DNA from: a bacterium
GTDB taxonomy: Bacteria > Patescibacteriota > Patescibacteriia > Patescibacteriales > UBA12465
DNA: 59,493 nucleotides
Assembly (NCBI GenBank): GCA_030696105.1
Contig: JAUYNJ010000006.1
Location: 1 to 59,493, forward strand
Reading direction: 5' to 3'
A program made the position numbers and the translations under genes. The notes below the pieces were generated by a model. That model was not told the origin of the DNA, made no database searches, and saw nothing but the letters and a program-made list of their open reading frames with translations. Below, in pieces: positions 14,542 through 24,764 of the stretch (positions are counted from its first letter, which is position 1; each line of letters starts with the position of its first letter).

Positions 14542-15258
14542 TTATCCGCGTCGCCGGAGCGCTAAAGTTTCAACGAGAAAGCGCCAGCCATCACTGAGTA
14601 TGTTAATCTTGCTATGACGGTCACTGTAGCGATTTTCAGACCAGTTAACTGGTATCTCCTTAAGCCTAAATCCTTGTTTCTGGGCAAAATAAATGAGTTC
14701 TGTATCGAAAAACCAGTTGTCATTTTTAATATTTGGAGCTAACTGTTGCCAGGCGCTAGCTTTAATTGCTTTAAACCCACACTGCAAATCACTATACTGA
14801 TGCTTAAGTATTAGACGGGAATATTCTAGATAAGCGCGGGAACTAGTCTCTCGTAACCAAGAGCGCTTAATCGAGGAGGAGGGCAGCATCCGCGAGCCGA
14901 AAACAAGGTCAGCTTCCAGGTTGATGATTGGCCCCACAAGGCGCGACAAGGCCCCCAGGTCAACGGCGAGGTCAATATCCATATAAACTAACACGTCGGC
15001 CGAACTAGCATTAAAATAGGCCTTTATCGCTCTCCCTTTGCCACTCTCGGCAATAATATGAGAAAACACTCCTGTCGGCTTGCTGGAAACGAAGGAATTA
15101 ACTTGTTTTTCAAAACTTGGTGTGGAGCCGTTCACAATAAACACTAAACGCCACTCATAATCTCGTTGTTCCCCCGACAAAAATTGCCAAATGCGCTCAG
15201 CGTTAGCATCAAATATTTCGCCCTCATTGAATACTGGCACACAGAAGTCGATCTTCAT
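14542..15258 (-). CDS. Family-2 glycosyltransferase (polyprenyl-phosphate sugar transferase-like)
   Basis: 238-aa soluble GT-A fold: FCVPVFNE, DIDLAVD (DxD), FFDTELIYFAQKQGFRLKEIPV. Confidence 0.7.
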   Translation of the reverse strand: MKIDFCVPVFNEGEIFDANAERIWQFLSGEQRDYEWRLVFIVNGSTPSFEKQVNSFVSSKPTGVFSHIIAESGKGRAIKAYFNASSADVLVYMDIDLAVDLGALSRLVGPIINLEADLVFGSRMLPSSSIKRSWLRETSSRAYLEYSRLILKHQYSDLQCGFKAIKASAWQQLAPNIKNDNWFFDTELIYFAQKQGFRLKEIPVNWSENRYSDRHSKINILSDGWRFLVETLALRRRG

Positions 15259-15312
15259 ATCTATATTATATAAAAAAAACCCCCGAATTCATAGTGTCAT
15301 TAAATATTTAAC

Positions 15313-15348
15313 GCAAAAACAAAAACGAGACCTTAGAGGATCTCGTTT
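15313..15348 (-). terminator. Terminator after ftsZ
   Basis: Minus strand reads AAACGAGA-N10-TCTCGTTT followed by TTGTTTTT. Confidence 0.55.
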
Positions 15349-15370
15349 TATCGAATTTACAATATATTGA

Positions 15371-16570
15371 TTAGTTATTCATCTTCTTGCGGATGAAAGC
15401 CGGAACGCTTAAATCATCATCGTCATCATTTTCTAGTTCAACTGCCTTTTCAACCCGCTTTTCAACTAATGGTTTTAAAGGAATGTTCTTAATTGTCGGC
15501 ACCTTTGCTTTCTTGTCACCCCAAAGTGCGGAAGCAGGAGTGCTTTCCTTCTCGTTTTCACTTTCAATGAAAGGATTTGGTGTGTAACTCTTGAGCTCGG
15601 TCTTAGTGCCGCTGCTTTTGCCATCAAACCCGGTGGCAACCACAGTAATTTTGATTTGATCCTTCATGCTTTCATCAATAACAGCACCGAAGATAATCTT
15701 AGCGTCCTCGTCAGCAGCGGAAGTAATGACTTTAGCGGCATCACTAACTTCATTCATGCTTAAGTCTGGACCACCAGTAATCGTGAAGACGATGCCACGG
15801 GCGCCGTCGATAGACATATCTAATAGATTGGAGTTAATAGCAGCCTTGGCAGCTTCAATCGCTTTATTTTCGCCGCTTGCTTGACCAATACCCATTAAAG
15901 CGGAACCGGCGTTAGCCATAACCGCTTTCACGTCGGCAAAGTCGGCGTTAATCACACCCGGAACAGTAATAATTTCAGCGATTCCCTGCACGCCTTGTCT
16001 TAAAACGTCATCAGCGATAGCAAAGGCTTCAAGCAAAGAAGTGCGCTTATCAATAACCTGTAATAATTTATCATTTGAGATAGTGATAATCGTATCTACC
16101 TTGTCAGCTAAATCAGCAAAAGCCCGATCAGCGATATTTTTGCGCTGTCCGCCTTCAAAGACAAAAGGTTTAGTAACGACCGCAACTGTCAGAGCACCTA
16201 AATCACGCGCGACCTGCGCCACAATCGGCGAAGCTCCGGACCCTGTGCCACCACCAAGACCACAAGTGACGAAAACCATATCGCAACCCTTAAGTGCTTC
16301 CCGGATTTCATTCTGTGACTCTTCAGCGGCGCCTTTTCCTAAATCTGGATTCATGCCCGCACCAAGACCTCTCGTCACTGTTTTGCCAATATGAATTTTC
16401 TCACCCGCCTTGTTGTAATGCAGGGCCTGAATATCTGTATTAATTGCAACAAACTCAACGCCTTTAATGCCGTTTTCAATCATGCGGTTGATAGCGCTGC
16501 CGCCACCTCCGCCTACGCCGACTACTTTAATTTTTGCAAATGTTTCAATGTCTGGTTTAACTTCCGCCAT
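15371..16570 (-). CDS. ftsZ: Cell division GTPase FtsZ
   Basis: GGGGGS, the tubulin signature GGGTGSG, and NxDxxD-type T7 loop context. I prefer the ATG at 16570 (MAEVKPD...) over the track's TTG at 16597. Confidence 0.9.
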   Translation of the reverse strand: MAEVKPDIETFAKIKVVGVGGGGGSAINRMIENGIKGVEFVAINTDIQALHYNKAGEKIHIGKTVTRGLGAGMNPDLGKGAAEESQNEIREALKGCDMVFVTCGLGGGTGSGASPIVAQVARDLGALTVAVVTKPFVFEGGQRKNIADRAFADLADKVDTIITISNDKLLQVIDKRTSLLEAFAIADDVLRQGVQGIAEIITVPGVINADFADVKAVMANAGSALMGIGQASGENKAIEAAKAAINSNLLDMSIDGARGIVFTITGGPDLSMNEVSDAAKVITSAADEDAKIIFGAVIDESMKDQIKITVVATGFDGKSSGTKTELKSYTPNPFIESENEKESTPASALWGDKKAKVPTIKNIPLKPLVEKRVEKAVELENDDDDDLSVPAFIRKKMNN

Positions 16571-16626
16571 ATGTAGGCTGAATCGCCGCTTACCCAATGA
16601 AGGAAAACGACTACTCTTGATTTAAT

Positions 16627-17883
16627 TTATCTAGGAATAATTTTTTGGAACACATTTTTAAACTTACCAAAGATATCGCCCAGATTTTTCTGGAAATTTC
16701 CATTGCTTTGGCTAGGATATTCATGAGCTCCCCAAATAACTAAGCCAAGGGCTGGTAGAAATTCCGGCGTCTTGACCTTATCAATCACAACATTAATATT
16801 TTTTGATACACCGAGAGCGGCTGGTAAACGTAACTTGCGTTTGGCGGCTTCAATCATGCCTTCAAGCTGAGCACCTGCCCCAGTAAATACTACGCCCGCT
16901 GGCAACATGCCGGAGCGATCAATCTTTTTCAATTCTTTATCAACCTTATCAAAGATTTCTTCAACACGGGCTTCGATTATTTCAGCAATATACTTTCTTG
17001 AAACAGTTGTAATATCGTCATTTACATCTTCTTCTTTAACTAAGCGCGTAACATCAACTTCCTCGTCCTTTTCAAACATATCAGGATCAGCACTACCATA
17101 CTCAAGCTTAATGCGTTCCGCTAAATTAATCGGACAACGGAGACCGAGCGCGATGTCATTGGTAATATACTCTGAGCCGATCGGTAAAATAGCGGCGTGT
17201 AAAAGATTTCTCTCTTCATACACGGCAATAGAAGTAGTTGAGGAGCCGATGTTTATAAGCGCGACGCCCAGTTCTTTTTGTTTTGGGGTTAAGACAGCTT
17301 CAGCTGCTGCCAGTGGTGAGATAACAAGATCTTCAATCTCAAGACCAGTTCTAAAAATTGCTTTTGTAAGATTTTTTGTCTGAGTTGTTAAACCTTGGAT
17401 GATGAGAGCTTCCACTTCGAGGCGAATACCGCTCATGCCGATTGGATCTTTGATGTCCGTTTGATTATCAACACTGAACTTAATTGGCATCACGTGCAAA
17501 ATCTCATAATTTACAGGAACGGCTAAGGCTCGAGCAGCTTCAATCGCGCGTGTGACATCAGCTTCACTGATTTCGCCATCACTCTTACTCACCGCAACAA
17601 CTCCTTTGCTGCGCTCGCACTTTACATTTGGATCATTAATACCAACCCAAACGCTACTTATCGGCACACCGACAATACGTTCGGCTTTTTCAAGACAAGC
17701 AGAAATAGAAGAAGTCGTTTCTTCGATACTGTTGACGATGCCTTTACTCACGCCCGCTGTGGGCGAAGAAACGGCGCCAATAATTTGGATCTCATCCCCT
17801 GTCGGACCAGAAATCTTTTGTCCGATTACTAAGCGGACGGCGGTTGAGCCTATATCTAAGCCGGCGATGATATCATCTTTCAT
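16627..17883 (-). CDS. ftsA: Cell division protein FtsA
   Basis: Actin-fold motifs GLDIGS, INIGSSTT and VFTGAGAQLEG. Lies directly upstream of ftsZ. Confidence 0.9.
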   Translation of the reverse strand: MKDDIIAGLDIGSTAVRLVIGQKISGPTGDEIQIIGAVSSPTAGVSKGIVNSIEETTSSISACLEKAERIVGVPISSVWVGINDPNVKCERSKGVVAVSKSDGEISEADVTRAIEAARALAVPVNYEILHVMPIKFSVDNQTDIKDPIGMSGIRLEVEALIIQGLTTQTKNLTKAIFRTGLEIEDLVISPLAAAEAVLTPKQKELGVALINIGSSTTSIAVYEERNLLHAAILPIGSEYITNDIALGLRCPINLAERIKLEYGSADPDMFEKDEEVDVTRLVKEEDVNDDITTVSRKYIAEIIEARVEEIFDKVDKELKKIDRSGMLPAGVVFTGAGAQLEGMIEAAKRKLRLPAALGVSKNINVVIDKVKTPEFLPALGLVIWGAHEYPSQSNGNFQKNLGDIFGKFKNVFQKIIPR

Positions 17884-17953
17884 ATAAATATTGAAAACTA
17901 CCGAAAGAGCTGCATAAAAACAGGCTCTTCAGCAATTTAAGGCATACGACTCC

Positions 17954-17982
17954 ATTATAATAAATTTTTGAAATATTCACAA
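17954..17982 (-). promoter_or_regulatory. Candidate ftsA-ftsZ promoter
   Basis: Minus strand reads TTGTGA (17982..17977, overlapping the pilD stop), N17, TATAAT (17959..17954). Confidence 0.45.
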
Positions 17983-18786
17983 CTGGAACCAAGCCCAATA
18001 AGCATCAAGAAGCTTGTTTCCCCAGATTAAGGCGAAGAGTCCGCCAAGAGCCAGAAAAACTCCGAGCGGCAATTTGGAAGACCAGGCCTTCTTTCCGGCA
18101 ATTAAAAGCCCAAGAGCGATAATAGTGCCAATAATATAGGAAGCAAATATCGCTAAGATAAGTAGATTAACCTGGACAAACATCGCTCCTAGCATCAGTC
18201 CAAGCCAAATATCACCCTCACCTATTCCCCTACCTCTTGTCGCTAAGAATTGTAGGCCAAAAAAGCTTGCGCCAATCGCCATCGTTATTAGCGGTAAATA
18301 CCAGCTCACGCCCAAACTGTAGTTTATCGCTAAAAATACGATAGTGGCCGCGAAAGCAAAGACGGTTGATACCAAGTAATAGCGCAAATCAAAAACAAAA
18401 ACGACAGTTAAAACCCAAACGGCCAGCCAATCAAATATTAATGATAGCCAGAAGCGAGGATTTTCGAAATAATAACTAATTTCTGTTAAAGAGACGTAGC
18501 TATAGTCTAGATTCTTAAACCAAAATACAAGAAATAATGTTGCAACAGCAAATTCCACAAGCGGGTACTGCCAAGATATTTTTTTCCGACACTGTCGACA
18601 CCTGCCCCCTAGAATTATAAAACTAAGCAAAGGAATATTATCATACCAAGCAATTTGTTTCTTACATAAAGGACAGTAAGAACGACCAAGCACCCGTTCT
18701 TGTTTGTATAGGCGCCAAATTAGACAGTTTGCAAAACTACCAAGTGACAGGCCTAGTAACAAGACAATAATTATGATTAATATCAT
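17977..18786 (-). CDS. pilD: Prepilin (type IV leader) peptidase, A24 family
   Basis: N-terminal CPLC...CRQC domain. Asp motifs in FDLRYYLV and GEGDIWLG. Polytopic membrane protein. I prefer the ATG at 18786 (MILIIIIV...), because the track's upstream extension overlaps the preceding gene. Confidence 0.8.
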   Translation of the reverse strand: MILIIIIVLLLGLSLGSFANCLIWRLYKQERVLGRSYCPLCKKQIAWYDNIPLLSFIILGGRCRQCRKKISWQYPLVEFAVATLFLVFWFKNLDYSYVSLTEISYYFENPRFWLSLIFDWLAVWVLTVVFVFDLRYYLVSTVFAFAATIVFLAINYSLGVSWYLPLITMAIGASFFGLQFLATRGRGIGEGDIWLGLMLGAMFVQVNLLILAIFASYIIGTIIALGLLIAGKKAWSSKLPLGVFLALGGLFALIWGNKLLDAYWAWFQL

Positions 18787-18791
18787 AGCGT

Positions 18792-21062
18792 TTAATTTGA
18801 AAATAGTTCTAAGTCTACATAAGGCGAAAGAGCGGACGCTTGTCGTGCATATTCTAAAGCCATCTCCTTGTCGCCAGCCCGTTGATAGAAGCCAGCTAAG
18901 GCTAAGGGCCAATCCGCCGACTTCGGCTCACGACTAAGCGCATGTTTCAAGATTTTATCAGCCTCATTATTTCTGCCGAGCCTTTCTAATCTTCCGGCAA
19001 TGTAGCGCAAGGTACTCACATCTTCAGGGAAATTTGAATACGCCAATCGATATGAAGTCAGAGCGGAAATATCATCCTGATGCAAATCAAATATACGTGC
19101 CTTTGCATTGTGAAGCGTATAGGTATAGTAGCGGACATAGCCTTGATGATCACGATTAAGACGCTCGTCACTAATACTCGGCAGTAGGGATAAGGCAGCG
19201 TCGTAGTCTGCTAATGCCCCGCTTAAGTTATTTGCGCGGACACGACAGGCAGCACGCTCACGATAACCAAAAGGACGATAAGGACTACGAGCGATAATTT
19301 GATCATAGGCACTAGCCGATTCCTGCTCTCCTTCTAAAAAGCAACTTAAGCGAGCGCGTGCAATTTCATTATCGTAGTCCGCCCCTGGCAGGTCATTATT
19401 AATTGAAGAAATTATTTGATAAACCAAGCGCTCACTTGAAAGGTCTGGCAATGCATCGTAATCGGAGACCGCAAAAGAGCTAAGTGCCCGCTGATAATGC
19501 GCTCGGTTGACTGGGTTAAGCGCTGACTCTTCAAGATAAAGGTACATTTGCCCCATGTTATAATAATTTTTTTCTGGTCGCAGATACTGAAGTTGTAAAA
19601 AATAGTAATCAGCCTGTAGCGTGTTTAGACTCAAGTAAACTTGAGCTAAGCATAAGATAGCTAAGCCCACCCCAGCAGTCAGTACAGATAATCGCCCAAG
19701 AAGCGTAAGCTTGATACCGACATATCCATCCTCCTGTTGCCCCAAGCTAATGTTACCAGCCACCACGAAGGCCGCAATTAACCAGAAATAGAAAACGCTG
19801 GCGATATCAGTGAGTCCAAATAAAATTGATATTGAGTATGCTAACAAGGAAGACGCGGCGGCAAGGGCGAAATTTTTACCTCCCGGTTTTTTCCAAAGTA
19901 GCCAGCACTGACGGCTGAAATAAAAATAAAGGGCAACATAAAAGATAAAGCCAATAAGTCCTGTTTGTATTATGACATCAAGCAGACTATTGTGCGCCTT
20001 ATCAGTATAACCATCAACGTTCATGAATATTCCCCACTCCAGCCGGTAATATGAAACCATGGCTTCGCCCCCATTCTCTAAACCAACCCCTAACCAAGGC
20101 TTTTCAGAAATCGCGCCAATCGCTGACTGATAAAATAAACGACGCAAGGCAGTGCTGCCATTTTCAAAATCAACCAGACTCGTTAGACGTGTCGGAGCAG
20201 CCAGGTAAAATAAGGTCGGTGCAATCATGATTACGCCTCCTGCAATTAATAATGACCACCTTCCAAATCTTCGCCAGGCAAACCAGACGGCCGCCAGGCC
20301 AAGAACAACAATGAAGGCAAGCCAAGCAGCGCGAGAACCGCTAACAAGCAATCCCACTAGCTGCCAAGCCCCCAGCAAAGCAACAAAAGCCCTTACCCGG
20401 AAAGAAGAGTATTCGAAAAATGAATATACAGTTAGGGGAATAGTTAGGAGTAAAAAGGAACCTAAAAAGTTTGGTTGCCCCAACGTTGAGATGGCGCGAC
20501 TATTGAGTTGTGCTTCCTGCCACACCGTAAAATCAATACCAACAAATTGTAGGAAAGCGTAGACACCAATAAGACCACCGACTATTGAAGCTACGACTGA
20601 TAAAATCTTAAGCGCCTGCTGCCAGCCAGTCGCCACCTCCGTTTTAATTTTTACCGATAACCCGGAAAAATGGAACACGACAAGACTATACCAAACACAA
20701 AGCCAGAAATAAGACAGTAAACCAAGATGTCTTTCGTATGACCCAAACCATGACTGTAAAATATTACTTGAGAATAATGAAAGAATCGCCCAGGCGAAAA
20801 AGAAAATCCAAATAGGAGCAATTGCTCGCAGCAAACGTCGCCAATTAATTTCGAAAAATGACTGCTGCCAAGGGTGATTAATGACAATGAATAAAATCAG
20901 CGATACGGCGCCTAGGACCTGCATCCAAAAAGTCTTAACCACACTGAAAGGACTATAAACTGGGAAGAAAAAAGACATACCTAAAGGAACAACTGCCAGT
21001 GCCGCCCAAAAAGATAATTTAAACAATAAGCTTAGAATTTTCTGCCAATCAATTTTCTCCAT
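18792..21062 (-). CDS. O-antigen ligase/Wzy_C-family polytopic membrane protein with a C-terminal TPR domain
   Basis: About 12 TM segments with a Wzy_C-like loop (KAHNSLLDVIIQTGLIG). The C-terminal roughly 280 aa is soluble and TPR-like. Confidence 0.7.
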   Translation of the reverse strand: MEKIDWQKILSLLFKLSFWAALAVVPLGMSFFFPVYSPFSVVKTFWMQVLGAVSLILFIVINHPWQQSFFEINWRRLLRAIAPIWIFFFAWAILSLFSSNILQSWFGSYERHLGLLSYFWLCVWYSLVVFHFSGLSVKIKTEVATGWQQALKILSVVASIVGGLIGVYAFLQFVGIDFTVWQEAQLNSRAISTLGQPNFLGSFLLLTIPLTVYSFFEYSSFRVRAFVALLGAWQLVGLLVSGSRAAWLAFIVVLGLAAVWFAWRRFGRWSLLIAGGVIMIAPTLFYLAAPTRLTSLVDFENGSTALRRLFYQSAIGAISEKPWLGVGLENGGEAMVSYYRLEWGIFMNVDGYTDKAHNSLLDVIIQTGLIGFIFYVALYFYFSRQCWLLWKKPGGKNFALAAASSLLAYSISILFGLTDIASVFYFWLIAAFVVAGNISLGQQEDGYVGIKLTLLGRLSVLTAGVGLAILCLAQVYLSLNTLQADYYFLQLQYLRPEKNYYNMGQMYLYLEESALNPVNRAHYQRALSSFAVSDYDALPDLSSERLVYQIISSINNDLPGADYDNEIARARLSCFLEGEQESASAYDQIIARSPYRPFGYRERAACRVRANNLSGALADYDAALSLLPSISDERLNRDHQGYVRYYTYTLHNAKARIFDLHQDDISALTSYRLAYSNFPEDVSTLRYIAGRLERLGRNNEADKILKHALSREPKSADWPLALAGFYQRAGDKEMALEYARQASALSPYVDLELFSN

Positions 21063-21133
21063 ATGGAAATTATATCACATAAAAAAACTCCCAACCATTA
21101 CGTTTAGGAGTCTTTTATAAGAGATATATAGTT

Positions 21134-22036
21134 TTATGATCGGCGCTGCCATTTCTCCCAAGATACCAATAGCGGGCTAGCCACAAAGAGTGAGCTGTAA
21201 GCACCAAAGAAAATACCGATAATCAGAGCGAGTACAAAATTACGGATTGATTCGCCGCCAAAGAAATAAACGGCAAGTAAAGCGAGCAAAGTCGTAATGA
21301 CGGTATTAATTGAACGCACAAAAGTTTGATTAAGACTGGTGTTAACAGTTTCTGCAAATGAGGTCGCACTTTTAGGTAAATTTTCACGGGTACGATCGAA
21401 AACGACGATAGTGTCATTAACGCTATAACCAAGCACTGTTAAAATCGCGACCACAAAGGCGGCACTAATTTCTACGCCGGCATATCTACCAAGAAGAGCG
21501 AAGATACCGAGAGTAATGATAATATCGTGAGCCAAGGCAATGATGGCAATCACGCCATACTTCCAAGAGGCTACAGGTTTTGATACGCGTTGGAAAGTAA
21601 AAGCGACGTAGGCAATAATAACAATAAGAACGATGAGCATTAACCAGAAAGCTTTACTGCGCAGCTCCTGACCAATCGAGGGTCCAATGCCTTCAAAGCG
21701 GATCTCTTCTATGCCCTCTGCAGCCTGTGGCAAATCAGAAAGAAGTGCTAACACCGTCTGGTGAGTATCCTCATCACTTTCTTGAAAACGTAAGATGATG
21801 GACTCTTCGGTTGGTTGAATGGTTAAGCTGCTTATCGGCGCTCCAGCAAGTTTCGCCTGTACTTCTGTAACTGAAGGTAATTCAGAGTTGAACTTCACCT
21901 CCAAGATACTGCCCCCAGTAAAGTCGAGCCCCCATCTCAAGCCAAAAGTCAGCAAGGAAACAATCGAAAGGGCAACTAAAACGGCAGATAGTGACAACCA
22001 GATTTTACGGCGATTAATAATTTTGTAATTAGTCAT
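21134..22036 (-). CDS. secF: Protein translocase subunit SecF
   Basis: 300 aa with LDFTGG and the six-TM SecD/F fold. Downstream of secD. Confidence 0.85.
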   Translation of the reverse strand: MTNYKIINRRKIWLSLSAVLVALSIVSLLTFGLRWGLDFTGGSILEVKFNSELPSVTEVQAKLAGAPISSLTIQPTEESIILRFQESDEDTHQTVLALLSDLPQAAEGIEEIRFEGIGPSIGQELRSKAFWLMLIVLIVIIAYVAFTFQRVSKPVASWKYGVIAIIALAHDIIITLGIFALLGRYAGVEISAAFVVAILTVLGYSVNDTIVVFDRTRENLPKSATSFAETVNTSLNQTFVRSINTVITTLLALLAVYFFGGESIRNFVLALIIGIFFGAYSSLFVASPLLVSWEKWQRRS

Positions 22037-22078
22037 ATACGAAGATTAGGCGGAACGCTCGTTCCACAATTACTTTAT

Positions 22079-23965
22079 TTACTTAGAACGACCAGCACCA
22101 ACAAGCCAGCGATGGCGATCGAGCCAAGAACTATTGAATACTTTAACAAGAATATAAGTAATAACGATGCTGCTAAACATTGAGACAGAAACACCAACGA
22201 AGAGCGTGGCGCCGAAGCCTTTGATAATACCAGTGCCAAGTGCCATCAAGACGAAACAAGTAAGAATGGTGGTGATGTTGCCATCGCGGATAGAAGGCCA
22301 GGCGCGCCTGAACCCTTCATCAAGAGCAGTTGCTAAAGGTTTACCGCTACGTAATTCTTCTTTCATGCGCTCAAATATCAAGATGTTAGCATCAACCGCC
22401 ATACCGATAGAAAGAATAAAGCCGGCGATACCCGCAAGAGTTAAAGTAACAGGCTGATTAGCGTAGTAAACAAGGAAAATTAAGATGACAAGAAATAAAG
22501 CAGCAGAGAAAATACCATCGAAAATCTTCAGATGATTGAAGACACTAATAAACAGTACCACGAGCAATAGGATAAAGAGTGAGGCGAGAATAATCGGAGT
22601 CGATTTGAAAACAGTTAAAACTGTAAGCACATAAATCACTAAGGAGAAGACGGAAAGCAAACCTGGCAAGCGATAAAACAAAACCATGAAGAGAGCCACC
22701 AGGGCAAAACCGATTAAACCGGCTTTCAAGCTGTTGTTAACAGATTTCTGACCAAGGCTTGCGCCTACGGTCTGCTGTCCAATGAGTTCAATCGGCACAG
22801 GTAAGGCACCGGTATTTAAACGCTGTACTAATAATTTTGCTTCAGTAATATTGAAACGTCCGGAGATAATTGCGCGTCCATCAGGGATACGGTCATTAAC
22901 AGTTGGGATGCTGATGGCGTAGCCGTCGAGGAAAATAGCGACCGGCTTACCGATATTACGTTCAGTGATATCAGCAAACATTTCAGCGCCCTCGCTATCA
23001 AATTCCAAAGACACCTCGGGAGAAGCATCCTGCGGGTTGAATTGCAAAGTTGCGCGCTTTAAGTTCTTTCCAGAAAGTTCGGTGTTCTCCCAGTTTTCAG
23101 AAATATTTAAAGTTGGAGTTTCATCTTGTGCTGGGAAATAAACAAGGTCAGCCTTATAAACGGTAATCCTTGCTGGCTGATCAGCCTGATCTTTGAAAGG
23201 ATTATCTATTTCCTGCTTTTCAAGTACCCTTGCAATCACAAAGGACTCATCAGTCTTTACAACTTGCGAAGTAACGCCACCAATAGGCAGGTCTTTAAGA
23301 GCAGCAACGATGGCTGGCTGATTATCCTCAGCTAAACCTTCACGAGCATCAAACTCTCCCTGATACTTGTTAGCTAAAGCCTGCCAGTCACTAGCATCGG
23401 CGGCTTCGGTTAAGGCCTGGTCGGCCTTAGTCTTCATTTCTTTATTGAAAGCGATAGCCTCTTCGTTTGATTCAATAGTAGATTCTTGTGGCTCAGCGCT
23501 TTGTTCTTTAAATTCAAGTAGGGGGGTTTCACCAATTAAGCGAATGGCTTCGTTTACATCCTTAATACCGGCCAGCTCGGCAATAATCCGATAGTCACCG
23601 TTGAGCGTGCGGTTAACCTGAATAACTGGCTCACTGACACCAGCGATATTAACGCGTCTTTCAATAATGTCGCGCACGCCCTCAAGCGCACTCGCTCTGT
23701 CACTCTCAGGTACATTGGCCACATCTGCTTCATACACCAGCTGAGTGCCACCCTGAAGATCTAGACCAAGCATAAAGGCGCTCTCCGGTACTTCTGGCAA
23801 AACAATGATGTTGTTGGTCACGCGTGCTAGGGCACGGGCACCACTGTTGTAATAATTGCCAGCTGCTAGAATAAACCCAACGGTCGCAAAAATGATAAGT
23901 AAAATAAAAAGCCAGCGTTGGCGATGGCGTTTCAGAGCTTTCGAAAACGTTTTCAGTTGAGACAT
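22079..23965 (-). CDS. secD: Protein translocase subunit SecD with an enlarged periplasmic-type head
   Basis: LGLDLQGG, the RVNIAGVSEP motif, and C-terminal six TMs with a DANILIFER motif. Confidence 0.85.
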   Translation of the reverse strand: MSQLKTFSKALKRHRQRWLFILLIIFATVGFILAAGNYYNSGARALARVTNNIIVLPEVPESAFMLGLDLQGGTQLVYEADVANVPESDRASALEGVRDIIERRVNIAGVSEPVIQVNRTLNGDYRIIAELAGIKDVNEAIRLIGETPLLEFKEQSAEPQESTIESNEEAIAFNKEMKTKADQALTEAADASDWQALANKYQGEFDAREGLAEDNQPAIVAALKDLPIGGVTSQVVKTDESFVIARVLEKQEIDNPFKDQADQPARITVYKADLVYFPAQDETPTLNISENWENTELSGKNLKRATLQFNPQDASPEVSLEFDSEGAEMFADITERNIGKPVAIFLDGYAISIPTVNDRIPDGRAIISGRFNITEAKLLVQRLNTGALPVPIELIGQQTVGASLGQKSVNNSLKAGLIGFALVALFMVLFYRLPGLLSVFSLVIYVLTVLTVFKSTPIILASLFILLLVVLFISVFNHLKIFDGIFSAALFLVILIFLVYYANQPVTLTLAGIAGFILSIGMAVDANILIFERMKEELRSGKPLATALDEGFRRAWPSIRDGNITTILTCFVLMALGTGIIKGFGATLFVGVSVSMFSSIVITYILVKVFNSSWLDRHRWLVGAGRSK

Positions 23966-24045
23966 AATGATTTTGGTAATTTATTGCCAAAGATTAGAAA
24001 CTTTTAAAATCTTAGACTAAAAAAAGTAAAAAATCAAGCGTAGCC

Positions 24046-24074
24046 TTTACAAAAAGGTAAAAATAGCATATACT
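24046..24074 (+). promoter_or_regulatory. clpP promoter
   Basis: TTTACA (24046-24051), N17, TATACT (24069-24074), 37 nt upstream of the ATG. Confidence 0.5.
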
Positions 24075-24111
24075 ACTTAATAATAGCTAAAAATTAATTA
24101 CATTCAACCAT

Positions 24112-24693
24112 ATGCCTTTAATCCCCACAGTCATCGAAAAAGAAGGTCAGGTCGAGAGGGCCTATGATATCTACTCCCGCCTTCTCAAAGATAGGATTAT
24201 CTTTCTTGGCGAACCTATTGATGACCACGTCGCGAATATCGTTATTGCTCAAATGCTATTTCTGGCTGCTGAAGATAAAGAGAAGGACATTAAGTTCTAT
24301 ATTAATTCTCCCGGAGGCTCGGTATCGGCCGGTTTAGCAATTTACGACACCATGCAATATATCAAGGCCCCTATTACAACCATCTGTGTTGGTCTTGCTG
24401 CCTCCATGGCCTCGGTTCTTCTGGCTGCCGGCGCTAAGGGTAAGCGTCTCGCTTTACCAAATAGTGAAATCATGATTCATCAAGTTATGGGTGGCGCCGA
24501 GGGACAAGCTTCAGATATTAAGATTCGAGCTGAACATATACTAAAAATCAAAGATAAGATGAACCGCATTCTTGCCTCTCATACCGGTCAAAAAATCGTC
24601 ACTATTGAAAAAGATAGTGACCGCGATCGTTTTATGAGCGCTGACGAAGCTCTTAAATATGGTTTAATCGATAAAATTATTTCAAAAGAATAA
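24112..24693 (+). CDS. clpP: ATP-dependent Clp protease proteolytic subunit
   Basis: [13 protein letters not shown], catalytic Ser in GLAASMAS, His in MIHQ, Asp in DRDRFM. Confidence 0.95.
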   Translation: MPLIPTVIEKEGQVERAYDIYSRLLKDRIIFLGEPIDDHVANIVIAQMLFLAAEDKEKDIKFYINSPGGSVSAGLAIYDTMQYIKAPITTICVGLAASMASVLLAAGAKGKRLALPNSEIMIHQVMGGAEGQASDIKIRAEHILKIKDKMNRILASHTGQKIVTIEKDSDRDRFMSADEALKYGLIDKIISKE

Positions 24694-24718
24694 TCATTAT
24701 TCTTCATCAATATATTGC

Positions 24719-24747
24719 AAAAAAGACTCGCCTCGTGCGAGTCTTTT
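24719..24747. terminator. Bidirectional terminator between clpP (+) and the 328-aa gene (-)
   Basis: AAAAAGACTCGC-CTCGT-GCGAGTCTTTT. Confidence 0.6.
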
Positions 24748-24764
24748 GTATATTCCTTATTAAC

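Noticed and set aside
16571-16597. TTG-initiated 9-codon extension of ftsZ (MGKRRFSLH).
   Set aside because: An ATG follows immediately, and the conserved FtsZ N-terminus starts there. The extension is probably an artefact of taking the longest ORF, though this cannot be proven from sequence alone.
16907-17383. 158-aa plus-strand ORF. Similar antisense or alternate-frame ORFs occur at 347-631, 9010-9417, 16041-16394, 17552-17887, 20227-20562, 20651-20887, 32448-32789, 32942-33388, 33785-34189 and 56504-56914.
   Set aside because: All lie inside strongly supported genes on the opposite strand or in another frame. They have Ser/Pro/Arg-rich low-information composition and no motifs. They are treated as shadow ORFs.
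18787-18912. N-terminal 42-codon extension of the prepilin peptidase ORF.
   Set aside because: The extension overlaps the 3' end of the Wzy_C/TPR gene in another frame and has no peptidase-like sequence. The conserved protein begins at the ATG at 18786 with the first TM helix.
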